Part shown: one piece after another, positions 52,901-64,000 of the stretch | Layout: every line of letters starts with the position of its first letter | Numbering within the stretch: position 1 is the first letter of the stretch | From: Lepidodermella squamata | Lineage: Eukaryota > Animalia > Gastrotricha | Assembly: GCA_047495785.1 (NCBI GenBank) | Contig: JBLDXI010000036.1 | Coordinates: 62,001-126,000, forward strand | Direction: 5' to 3' | DNA length: 64,000 nt | Translations under genes and position numbers: made by a program | The notes under the pieces: generated by a model | Databases searched by the model: none | What the model saw: the letters and a program-made list of their open reading frames with translations, nothing else | Told to the model about the DNA's origin: nothing

Positions 52901-55900
52901 GAGTCTTGATAGTAGCCAGCTGCCCGTTCCGTAATTGGCACTGACCGTTCGCGTCATGCCAGCCAGGTTGTTTGCTCAACTCGAGGAGAAAATAGGATTT
53001 CATCGCGTTGTTGCATTCTTCAGCACTCGAGAATGAGGTGTCCAAGGGCACTGTTAACTCATCTCGGAGACAGCCAGCCGGCCATGGTCGACAGGTAACG
53101 GCACCGTTAGCTGATCGCGAAACACATCGAGCGTAACCAGTCTGTTAAACCAATGGAATAAATCAGTTTCTAACTACAAGTATAGACAATCAACTTCTGA
53201 CATCAATTGTCGACCAGGCTCAGGGAGTGGCATTCAGCAGAAGCGTTGCCCTTTACACTTTTTCATAAGATTCCCTAATTTTTGGACCCTTAGTCACGGT
53301 GGAAAACGCCAAAATGAACTCAATTCCTGGCCCATATTAGTTTCGTCCGGCCCCCAAGCGTCGTCTGCGCAATTGGAGGGTGAAAGTGGACTTGGAGCAA
53401 AACGCCACATCGAAAATTCTAGAAATTTCAAGACCGCGTGCGGCACAGTCAAATGCCAAGTTGATATGACATATTTTAATTTTTTTCGCGCGAGAATACC
53501 ATATTCAATTGATAGAGAATTGTTTGAATTATTTTTTAGTATAAAAACCGATGCGATACTCGAAAGTAACCCTTAAACATCGTCGTGCGTGGTTTTAAAT
53601 TTGTTAATCAGGGCTGCAAAACATGCAGGATTTCCTGTGCAGTGATTTGAAGATTTCCTGAATTTCCTAAGAGTTTTCTCATATCTCAAACTGCCAGGAG
53701 AATCTGAAAACAAATTAGATATTCAGAATCAGCGCAATAAGTTAGCTTATGTGTGCAAATTTGCGCCCAGTTACCGGAAACTACGGAAAATACCCTTTGA
53801 CCCCTACGGAAAATAGCACGCGCGGCCAAAATTTTGTTTAAAAATTCGACGGCGTTCTGCTCCAAGTCCACTTTTACCTTTTACCCTCCAATTGCGCAAC
53901 CGACGCTTGGGGGCCGAACGAAACTAATATAGGCCCGGAATTGAGCTCCAAAAGACCACGTTGAGGACCCTTCGGTCGTGAAATTTAGGCCCGAAATGCC
54001 CTTTAGTTCGAAGATTTATCCCGAGCCAGACAACAAAATGAGAATTTATCCCACTGTTCGGTTAATTTCGATCAAATTTTTTGTTAATTTCCATCCCTGG
54101 CAGCTCCAGGATCCAAGATCGCACCGCAGACGCCCGAGCAGTAGAATCACTAAATTTATTTTAATTAATTTCTCAAATATCACATCTCTCAATAGTAGAT
54201 CCCTCTAAAATTCACCAAATTTACCTAAAACTCTAAATTGAAAATTTAGGAATATAATTACCAATGTGTTTGAAAGACCGAAGAGCTCGCAAATTGCGCT
54301 GTTTGCAGTACTTTCGCATCGGTCATCAAACATGTACATATTCTCGTGGACATCTTCCTGAGGCACTTGTTCGAGCAACGCGTACTTGGCACAGTCGTCA
54401 TTCCCAGGCTCACCTGGCGCCCATTGCTGGCCTAATGCCGTGAAATTGCTGTTATCTATCCACTTGAAAACACCAGATGATTTTTGCAGACCAATCCAGC
54501 CTGATAGCATTCCTTTGCTGAACAGCAAGCCCCGAACTTGTTCCTGTTCGTCTGCTGTTTTGACAACCGCAAGTTGACTGAATTTCGCAGCGCACAACTG
54601 CCTAGCTGCGTCACGGTTCAGTGGAGACGACGAGCTGGCGACAATAAAAAATTGTTTCTTGACAGTGATGCAGTCAAGATCGTAAGAGAACACGACATCG
54701 GATGGATAGGCCAGCTCGTCGTTATTACAGCTATCGAGACGACATGTTACTTTGTCACCGTCCGATTTATCCCGACATCTGACGTATTGCGGCTGTTTGA
54801 AAAGGATAAGAACGGAACATTAATTGTTTAAATTTACAATGTCATACCTAATTTTTATATCTCGCTAGGACGATAGTGGTTCTCATGAGGGGGTTTGCGA
54901 CCCAAAATTGGGTCGCAGGGGCTTTTCTGATGGGTCGCTGGGTGGACCGCGGGTCGCATGGGTCGCAAGGCAAAAATCATGCAAGGTATAATACCGACCG
55001 GTATAAACCGGTTTAAACCGATGAACAAACCAGTGTTTTTAATATGTGCTAAAATCACTCAAATGTCTTATTTGACAAAGCCAGAGATCGCTAGCACTTT
55101 AGGTTTTGCCGGTTTTATTTGAAAATTTCAACTTGAAAGGCCTGAAACCGCCTAATCATTATAGATTATACCCTACCGGAAGTAAAACTGATTTCACGAT
55201 AGTTTCATGAAAATTTGGGATCTAAGGTAGAATTTTACGCTGAACACGATGGTGACATCGAATCAACCGCATCAGGTATCGATTATATAATCAATTATCG
55301 ATTATTGGTAACTGATCGAGTGATCGATTTTTTTTAATTTTGCACAATCGATTTTATGTGATACAGTGTAGTCTTTCTAAAATATTGCGGCTGTGCGGTA
55401 TTGATCCTGGGGACATAATGACTCTTAGGCGACTTCTGGCTGGCTGTTATATATGAACATGTGAGCTTTTTTGCGTGAAGCAGCCCAGAAACCGGTACCG
55501 GTTTAAACCGGTTTATACTGGTTTGAGTTTAAACCGAATACCCTGAAATCATGTGTCGTGATTAATTGTGATTTATCGGTCTCAATGATTTGGTATAATT
55601 GATTTAGTTCCGTGAAAGTGGGACATTGATTGATTTTGATTGACTGATGGAGGTCCGTGATTTAAGCCGTAAATCATATCAAATCAAATCCAACGCTCCG
55701 GACTGAATTATGAAACAGGAGGGGGCCCTTTGGTCACAAAATTAGGGCCCGAGAAAACCCCCTAGTTCGAGGATCCTACTTCGCGCACTGTTATGAAAAG
55801 AGGAGCGAGGAGCCTCCAAGAACTCTGGGAGAATGTTCGACACATCGACCGTTTGATTTATACGTAAATACCAACATTTCTAGATCTTAAATGTTGTTTA

Positions 55901-58900
55901 GTTTCTTTGTTTTATCAAACTTTTATGTTAGGAATCATAAAATCCCGGGGTTCGATTATAACATAAGGAAAACTCACGGGTGGATTGAATATCTCGCAAA
56001 TGGCGCTTTTCGACTTGGCATCGCAAAAGTGGTCATTCATATAGAAATTGGGTGCGTAACCATCGCGACCTGAATATTGAGTATACTCCACGCATTTGTC
56101 ATTGCCCGGCTCGCCTGGCCCCCACTGCTGGTTCAGCGCCGTGAAATTTGAGCCATCAATCCAGTAGTAAGCACCTGAGAATTTGCTCAAGCCAGTCCAG
56201 CCAGACGAGAACCCTGAAGCTGCTAGGGCTGATCGAACGTCTTCCTGTTCTTGCGAAGTTTTAACAGTAGCAAGCTGCCCAGAATTCGCCAAACAGAGGT
56301 CCCTAGCTTCATCGCGGCTGATATCACTGGACTTATTAGCTATGAAGAACCTCTTATCCAACGTGTTGCAGACCCAATCGGAATCGTATAAAAATACTTT
56401 ATCGAGAGGGAAGGTAACCTCGTCACGATTGCATCCATCAGACGCTAGTCTACAAGTCATTTTACCGCCATTTGATTTCGCAACGCATCTCAAATATCCG
56501 CCAGCCTGGAAAATTCGGATAATTTACGAAAATTCAGTTTGCAGTTTAGCTTACCGGTGGGGGAACGTAAGGTGTATACATTTCGCAGACAGCTGCATCG
56601 TATGCGTCCGAGCAAGGTACGTCATTGAGGTAGAGATCTGAAGGCTGAGATTCTGCCACGCCGTACTCTTTGTAAACGCCACACGAGCCATCGCCTGAAG
56701 GCTCATTGACACCCCATTGCCAGTTCAGGGTGTTCAGAGGTGATCCATCGATCCAGCGTTTAGCGAGCCCCACCCAAGCCTGCTTAACAAATTGCTTTAC
56801 CATGAGGCTTCGAACTAGATCCTGCTCATTAGCCGTCGTTATCGAAGCTAGCTGGCCGGATTTCTCAGAACACAAGGCATTTGCTGCGTCCCACTGCTTT
56901 GGCGAGTCGAATTTCAGTACAAAAAGTTGTTTCGATAAATTCTGGCATGACGCTGTGTTTTCGTAAGTAGCATTCGACGGGTAGGGGATTTCATCGCCAA
57001 TACAGCCAGGGGGTGTCGCACGACAGCTGACTGAGCCAGTTGACATTGAAACACAACGAGCCTTCGACAAGCCGGCCTTTGATAAAAAAGAAAGATGAAA
57101 TAATTAGCGTTGGAAAATGTTGGAAATCAGGGCGCGAAGTACGGGGGAAATGAGGGGTATCGGACCCTCAGTTCGGCAAGCCAAAGTGAAAAAACCCTAA
57201 AAAACTTAAGGGTCCCTTTGGTCATAAAATTGGGGCCCGAAAATACCCCCTAGTTCGAGGATCCTACTTCGCGCACTGTTGGAAATTATCGGAAAATTAA
57301 CCCTTAGCCGCCGTCGCAATGACGTGTTAACTCGGGCACCTTTCAGAAAATCCCTGAAAATCAAGAAGAGGCTAAAATCAAATTCTGAGTCGGCAGAAAG
57401 TCTTACATTTAGCCTTAGATAGAAAACCGAACCTCTTTTTCAAAAGAAATTTACATGGGTTGCCGTTGCTATGACATGTTAACGCGTTTTCATGACGTGT
57501 TAACAAGTCATTTAAAATTTTTCTCACTATTTTCGACCTGTTCGGAATGGCTTTGAAAATTTAGATTTTCAGGAAGAGCTTGTTTCTTCCTATTGATTTA
57601 TCATAATTTATGACGCAACAATGGGTTCGATAGCCCAAATCCTCCGACCACGGTGAATTTTCTCCTGAATTAACGCCTGTACACGTCTTCGGCGGCTAAG
57701 GGTTAACAAGAGAAAACAATAGTGACTACGCATTTTCTAAAGGTTTAACAAACCTCCCCTCCCATATCTTCTACGTAATTTCTTAGCGCTCAAGGTTGTA
57801 CATACCGCAGGTGGTGGTTCAGCGAAAGTTTCACAAAGAGCGAAGCGTCTCTGGTCGCCACAATTGACGATTCTTGGATATATATCGGCTGGTCGGTCAT
57901 TGGAAGGATCGATAAACTCAAGGTTGGAGCAAGAACCATCTCCGCTTGGCGAGAACAAGCCCCAGGGTGTGGAGATACTGTTGTAATTTTCGCCATCGAT
58001 CCAGCGCAATTGAGAGGCTTTAGTTAGACCAATCCAAGCTGTAGTCGTTGAATTCGAAGCTAGAATTTCCCGAGCTTGAGCCAACTCGGCAAATGTTTTG
58101 ATTGTAGCCAGCTGCCCATTTCGGGTCTGACACTGACCGTTCGCGTCATGCCAGCCAGTTTTCTTGCTTAACTCGAGCAGTAAATAGGATTTCATAGCGT
58201 TATTGCATTCTTCAGCAGTTGAGAATGAGGTGTCCAAGGGCACTGTTACTTCATCTCGGAGGCAGCCAGCCGGCCATGGCCGACAGGTAACAGCACCGTT
58301 AGCTGATCGCGAGACACATCGAGCGTAACCAATCTGAAATAAACGAGGTTTAATGAACACTTTAACAGCCAAAAATAGACTGCGTCATCCGATATTTGGA
58401 TACAAATCCTAGATCTGACAAAAAGACAAGTTTCGGAATATTGGGAACTTTCAACAATTTTTTAAACTTTAATGATACATAATTCAGTTCTAAGTTTTCG
58501 ACTTTCGATCCTAGCATGTATTGAAGGCGAAAACTTTTTTCAACCGACCAATCTCTTCCTTTATCCGACCAATGTTTAATTTGATCCGACAACCAAAAAT
58601 GTGACTAAAACCTGCCGACTTGCTTTTTCATAATTTAAAAAATTACAGTAAAAAATTGACAATTCAGATCGTTATAATTCCTACATACGCATGGTAAAAT
58701 TTTGCCATAGAGAAATTGAATTTCTCCATGGCTGAATTGAATCTTTTAAGGCGGACTTTTTATTTCAATTTTTCTACGCTATTTTCACAGGGGTATGACC
58801 CTTTAACACCCCAAAAAGTCGCTCCAGTTAGTGCGCATGTAGGAATAGGATTACTCCATGGCTAGCCATAGAGTATTCCCTTAATCTTTCACCATAAAAT

Positions 58901-61900
58901 TATACGGGTTCAGAGATCGAAATAGTGTGAAAAAGGGGTATGCCTCTAAGGAAAAATCGTTAATCAGCTCAATAATTCAATTGATAAAAAAAATAATAAC
59001 TGGAAATCGAACCAGGGTATTCGATGGGCGGAAGGTCTCGCAAATGGCGCTGTTTGAAGTGCTATCGCAGAAATGATCGTTCATGTACAAATTCTCGTGG
59101 AAATCAGCTTGGCTTCCGTATCGTGTATACTCAGCGCAGTCATCGTTCCCGGGCTCTCCAGGGCCCCATTGTTGGTACAAGGCGAAAAAATCACTGTTAT
59201 CAATCCACTTCAAAACTTCAGATGATTTTTTAAGACCAGCCCATCCCGATGGGATTCCGGCGCTGAACAGCAATGCTCGAACTTGGTCCTGTTCGTCTGC
59301 TGTTTTGACAGTAGCCAGCTGACTCGATTGTTCCGCACACAACTGCCTCGCTGCATCCCGGTTCAATGGAAAGGACGAGTTAGCAATGAACATTTGCTTC
59401 TTAACAGTGCTGCATTTGATTCTAGTAGAGAAAACGGTATCGGATGGGTAGGCTAGCTCGTCCGAGCGGCAGCTATCGGGCCGACATGTTACTATGTCAC
59501 CATCCGCTTTTTTCACACAGCGGAAATAATTAGTCGACTGCAAAAATATCACAATTCGTATTACATCGATGAGGTTTCAAAATTTTGAAGCTAACCTGTG
59601 GAGGCTGAGATTGAAAAGTTTCACAGATAGCGAGAGTTTTCTCGGCGATGCAATCCTGCATTTGAATTTGGTAACCCTCAGGCTGAACCCTTAAGAACTC
59701 GAAGCTTGAGCATGAGCCACTAGTGGATTGATAAACCGAGAGTTGCGGTATTTGCGTGAAGTTTGACCCGTCAATCCAGCGCAAAATAGTTGTTTTCGTT
59801 AGACCAACCCAGGCGGATTCAGCTGATTCATCGCGCAGCAGCTCGCGAGCCATTTGAAGCTCATCAACTGATTTAACTGTAGCCAACTGGCCGCCTTGCG
59901 ACTGACACAGGCCATTTGCGTTGTGCCATGAAGTTGCTTTGCCAGGCCTTAGCAAGAAGTAATGTTTACTTGCCTCGAGGCAGTCAGTCTCGTTTGCGAA
60001 TGTTGTACTGCGAGGAATCGTGGCTTCTTCTCTCAAGCAGCCAGCCGGTAATGATCGACAGTTGACAAGCCCGTTTGAAGCTCGAGAAACGCATCGAACG
60101 AAACCAGTCTAAGAAGCAATATCAAGGGCATTAATACGTTTAATCAATTTAAAAGTAGCGCTTACTAGATTAGCTTGCGTTGGGACGTAGGTTTCGCAAA
60201 TCGTGGCTGGATGCCTTTCTATGCAATCCACATCAGCAAGATACAGGTTCGTAAAATAACCGGCGTCTGTCGCAACCATGCCATAAGCCGCGCAGCTTTC
60301 TGAATTTTCTTCACCTAGCCATAGCGAGGAACCTGGCTCATTTGGCCCCCATTGCTGAGGTAAGCTAACAAAGTTGCTGCTATCGGGCCACGTAAAAACC
60401 CCGTTAGTTTTCACCAGGCCCACCCAAGCTCGGTCAAGCGATCGGGCGAATAGCAATGCTCTCAGTTGATCCTGTTCATCAATGGTTTTGATAGAAGCTA
60501 GATCGCCAGATTTCGCAAAGCAGAGATCTCGCGCTGTCAATTGATCGATAAGATCCTGGGGGGTTACGATAAATAGCCTTTTCTCGGCATTCAGGCACTC
60601 ATCTGCGTTTTCGAACACGGCGTCTAGAGGGTAGGTAATTTCTTCTTTGCGACAGCCAGTGGAGGCAGCTCGGCAAAATGCACTGCCTCCAGCAGCTACG
60701 CAACGAACATAACGGTCCTAAAACCGAAAACAGAAACAGGTAAGGAAAAATATCCTCAAAATCTTCCAGGTTTTGTAACAATTCAAAAATATGAGCCGCG
60801 ACAAGTGAAAACCGTAGCTTACGACATTTTTTTTCAAATTTGAGTTCAACGCATGGTCTAATGCAGTTTTTCGCGCTTGCGACTTAACTAAGAGAATGAA
60901 TGGCACACGAAATTTTCAATAATAGTGAGAAGCCGCTCAAAGCTCAAAGTGAAACCAAGAATTTATGCGCGAAAAGCGATCAATTTTTACTGACAGAAGC
61001 CTGGAGACTATATTATGTTCCAGAAATAATAAATTCCGATGCTGGGTACTGTCCTCTGCTCTACTCTACCTGTAGTAGTTTTCAGACAAAATTCGGAAAA
61101 TAGATAGGAAAAATAGTCCAGCGACAAACAAAAGTCTTAACAGTCATAACAGACAAGAGTCTTCTAAAAAATTTCGAAGGAACCATGATTTTAGCGGCGA
61201 TTTGCCCTTTTCGGACAAACTCAGTATTTGTCCAAGCTATAGAAACCTGACTACATTGATAGCAATGCTGGTTTATCACCAAAAACTAGATTGATTCCAA
61301 AGTTTAATGGGAAAAATGCAATAAGAATGCGGATTTTGAAGTGTTATTTTCAGTCTGCTGCCTTCGGCACGTTAACGTCAAAGGTCATGTTTCCAATTTA
61401 TGGGCGGTTTTTATGTCTAAAAATACTACAATTAACAGGCTTTGAAATGAATATGGTGTTCTCGCTCGGAAAATGCAATGGGGAAAAGTTTTACGCGCAC
61501 CCCAAATTTACCACTTAAACTAGGAAAAAAGCGTGAATTTCATGGTTTTGACGCACTCGCATTTTTAGGTTATAGCATGAAAACTATGCATCGCAGAAAA
61601 AATGGGATTGCACCAGCACATTCCTCATGAAAAACTGCACTAGAAAATCATGAAAAGTCGATGTTGACAAAATTTACCTATCAAACCTTCTTTGCGCTCT
61701 TGTGAAAATTTCTCGCAAGTGCGTAAGCTACGGTTTTCACTTGTCGCGGCTCATATGTGTTCCCCCTTACATTCCCATGTTCGAAAATAATTACCTGTGC
61801 CGTTTCACGAATTGTGTATTTCTCGCAGACAGCTCGACCATACAAGAGGTTGCAAGGGCTACTGGCGAGATAGACACTGGCGGCAAAATCCATTTCATTA

Positions 61901-64000
61901 ATGAACTCGTATTTTGCGCATTTTTCGTAATCGATCGGTTGCCGTGGTCCCCATTGCAGTGAGAAATTACCTAGCGGAGACCCGTCAATCCAGCTTGTTG
62001 TTGCTGTTATGTAGAATCCAACCCATGTCCCAAATGGGTAGAACTCCTTGAATAATCTGCGAACAATGGCTTGCTCAGTTGCACTGTTGATACTAGCAAG
62101 CTGCCCTGATTGCTTAACGCATTCAGCGTTCGCATCTGTGAAAGACTTCATTTCGCCGGTGAATTCAACGTCCTCATCTGTATTTGGGCTGGCGAATTCT
62201 ATCAAATAGAACTCCTTTTGCAGGCTGAGGCATTGCGCTTCGCTTTCGAAGGATTCGTTAGCCGGGAAAGGTAGCTCATCGCTGAGACACCGCTGTCGGC
62301 ATGACGCTGTGCCGGTTGAAACTGACACGCATCTCATGAATCCAGACTATTCAGTTAAAAGAGAAAGTTCAAAGAATGCTTTTTTCACAACCCATAAATT
62401 CTAACCCTAATCCCAATCAATTCCAATTCCTAACTTAATCTCATGCATAATCCTGACCCCAACCATACAGCCCAACCCTAACTTTGAATCCAGGCTATAA
62501 TCTTTCCCAAGTTTAACTGCATTATACTAAAACCCTGAACCACATGAACCCTACCCATAACTAACTCTAAGCCGGATCCCAAGCTCAGAATATCTTTTCC
62601 AACAATGAATTAATCTTCGTCCGAAATCCATAACCCTGAAGCTAACCTTATTTAGCCATAACCCAATCCACAGCATACTGCTAGAATCAACTTTAAGCCT
62701 CACCTTAATCCAATATCCTATTTTTTTCCATCGCTATTGTCGAACCCCAACCAAACTCGAACTGAGTCGAACCCAATCCCCTGCATAACCCTGACCCTAA
62801 CAATAATCCCAAGCTCTAATCATCGCTCATATTCTCCAAGATAGATTGCATTGTTTCCGTAATTCCTAAAATCTGACCCTAACTCTAACCCCAAAGGTAA
62901 CCATGAACCTAACTTTTCTTCCCTTCGTTAGGTCCCTGCCAAATGGAACGCAAAAATCAAACTTCCTTACCGAAATTTGCTGAACGACGTATGTTTCGCA
63001 GACAGCGTAGTTCTTGTATGCTACACATCCGGAATCAGTCAAATAGTAACCACCCACTACCGTATCCGTAGGATGCATGTTGTCATAGGAAAAGCACGTC
63101 CAGTCATTGCTGTTCAGCTGAGGGGAGCCAAGTAGCGGTGATATCGGCGAGTACTTGGCACCATCGATCCATCGCAGTTCGGAATTGGATTTAACCAGGC
63201 CGACCCAAGCCGAGCGCACGTTTTCTGCCGACAACAAATTGCTAGCATGCCTAAGTTCACTAGCTGTTTTCAAAGTCGCAAGTTGGCCACCCTGCGACCG
63301 ACATCTTGCATTTGCTCCGTTCCAATCAAGGCCATTGTTTAGGCTCAGTAGGAAAATCTTCCTTTCGGCTCTCAAACAGTCAGCTTCACTAGCGAAGGAT
63401 TTTCCGACAGGTAGTGTGACTTCATCCCTCGAACAGCCGATAGACAATGGCCTGCATGTAACGGCACCCTCGGCTGATCTCAAAACACAGCGAGCATAGC
63501 CATCCTGTTGAAAACGAATAGTTCAAACTGGACAAATATACTGAGAAAACCACTTACAGGTCTGTTATAAGCCGCGAATGTTTCACATATCGCATTGTTA
63601 GCAAATCCAAAGCAATAGTAGTTTTCCGTCAGGTACGGATTTTCCTGCGAATATCGGGAATATTTCAAACACTGATAACCAGTGATCGGAACAGTATTAG
63701 GCTTCCATTGATCAAAGAGCGCCGAGAAGTCACTGCCGTCTACCCAGCGATAAATGTCATCGCTTTTCAGTAAGCCAATCCAAGCTTCATACATTGACCT
63801 CGAATCGGTATACATAAGGTCCCGCAATTCCTCCTGCTCGTCGGCTGTTTTAACTGTTGCCAACTGCCCTGATTTCGCCGCACATTCATCGTAAGCCTCG
63901 TCGTACGTCACAGAGCCGGCTGATGGGAATGCTTTGAACAGCTGTTTCTTCGCTCCGAGGCATTCTTGCTCACTTGTGAATCGTACGTTCGGAGGAAACG
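46993..64000 (-). CDS. Giant multi-C-type-lectin protein, 3' part (>=14 CTLDs, ~2400 aa in window; 5' end off-window)
   Basis: Exons >64000-63558, 63504-62971, 62346-61795, 60717-60166, 60108-59596, 59537-59013, 58333-57806, 57076-56555, 56505-55978, 54792-54262, 53141-52614, 51389-50865, 47901-46993. All are GT-AG and phase 0; each has RC..C..C..C plus a CTLD (GQLATVK, W[IV]GL, WIDG, A[IV]CE). Confidence 0.88.
47510..48689. repeat. 590-bp tandem duplication creating a truncated extra exon (48491-48100)
   Basis: Same as 33702-34881. Confidence 0.95.
49242..50128. mobile_element. Duplicate Tc1/pogo-type element
   Basis: Identical to 35434-36320. Confidence 0.85.
51518..51727. mobile_element. 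MITE
   Basis: ~38-bp TIR GCATAGCGCAGCCACTTTTTACCG..GCCGAGAAAATC and its reverse complement. Confidence 0.8.
53316..53948. mobile_element. Mutator-like MITE (family M1)
   Basis: Long (~90 bp) TIRs GAACTCAATTCCTGGCCCATATTAG / CTAATATAGGCCCGGAATTGAGCTC. Confidence 0.85.
54982..55545. mobile_element. hAT MITE with AAACCGG repeats, nested in an older hAT-like remnant starting near 54875
   Basis: 8-bp TSD AAATCATG; ends CAAGGTAT / ATACCCTG. The host remnant begins TAGTGGTTCTCA and has GGGTCGC repeats. Confidence 0.8.
55716..55790. mobile_element. Internally deleted hAT MITE (family H1)
   Basis: 8-bp TSD TTATGAAA; right end CTACTTCGCGCACTG. Confidence 0.85.
57128..57278. mobile_element. hAT MITE (family H1)
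   Basis: TIR CAGGGCGCGAAGTA / TACTTCGCGCACTG; 8-bp TSD TTGGAAAT. Related fragments occur near 8150 and 15910-16004. Confidence 0.9.
57301..57702. mobile_element. piggyBac-type MITE
   Basis: TTAA|CCCTTAGCCGCCG ... CGGCGGCTAAGGG|TTAA. Confidence 0.92.
60792..61753. mobile_element. Non-autonomous DNA transposon with TA TSD
   Basis: ~32-bp perfect TIR TGAGCCGCGACAAGTGAAAACCGTAGCTTACG. Confidence 0.9.
62395..62915. repeat. Degenerate (TAACCC)n-like array in an intron
   Basis: Many CTAACCC/TAATCC/GAACCC hexamer variants, G-poor strand; a short similar patch lies near 14610. Confidence 0.65.

Noticed and set aside
50850-63911. Treating each CTLD ORF as a separate single-exon gene
   Set aside because: They lack signal peptides and mostly lack ATG starts, are bounded by AG/GT sites at homologous positions, and some are only ~50 nt apart.
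1-64000. tRNA, rRNA, snRNA or spliced-leader genes
   Set aside because: None recognised by eye; tRNAscan-SE or Infernal would be needed to exclude them.

Overview
Intron-rich eukaryotic (invertebrate-like, short GT-AG introns with TTTCAG-type acceptors) DNA; the organism cannot be determined from sequence alone. The window is a rapidly evolving lectin/immunity-like cluster. (i) The 3' part of a giant minus-strand gene (>64000 to 46993) is built from in-frame phase-0 exons, each encoding a ~45-aa four-cysteine module plus a C-type lectin domain (>=14 CTLDs), arranged in a 4-exon super-repeat. (ii) A family of secreted micro-exon genes is made of the same 4-Cys module plus 1-3 CTLDs; members are intact, truncated or pseudogenised, with two head-to-head pairs. 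(iii) Pseudokinase-ankyrin genes carry 102-bp repeats that vary at DARPin-type binding positions (one intact, one frameshifted, one 5'-truncated). (iv) Also present are a C2H2 zinc-finger gene, a decayed fucosyltransferase-like ORF, a decayed MULE/SWIM transposase, an RLE-type LINE 3' fragment and many MITEs (hAT, Tc1/mariner-pogo, piggyBac, Mutator-like). An apparently identical 13,808-bp tandem duplication (22952-36759 / 36760-50567) contains a nested 590-bp tandem duplication. Exon models were derived by hand from splice consensus and frame continuity, not from RNA data.
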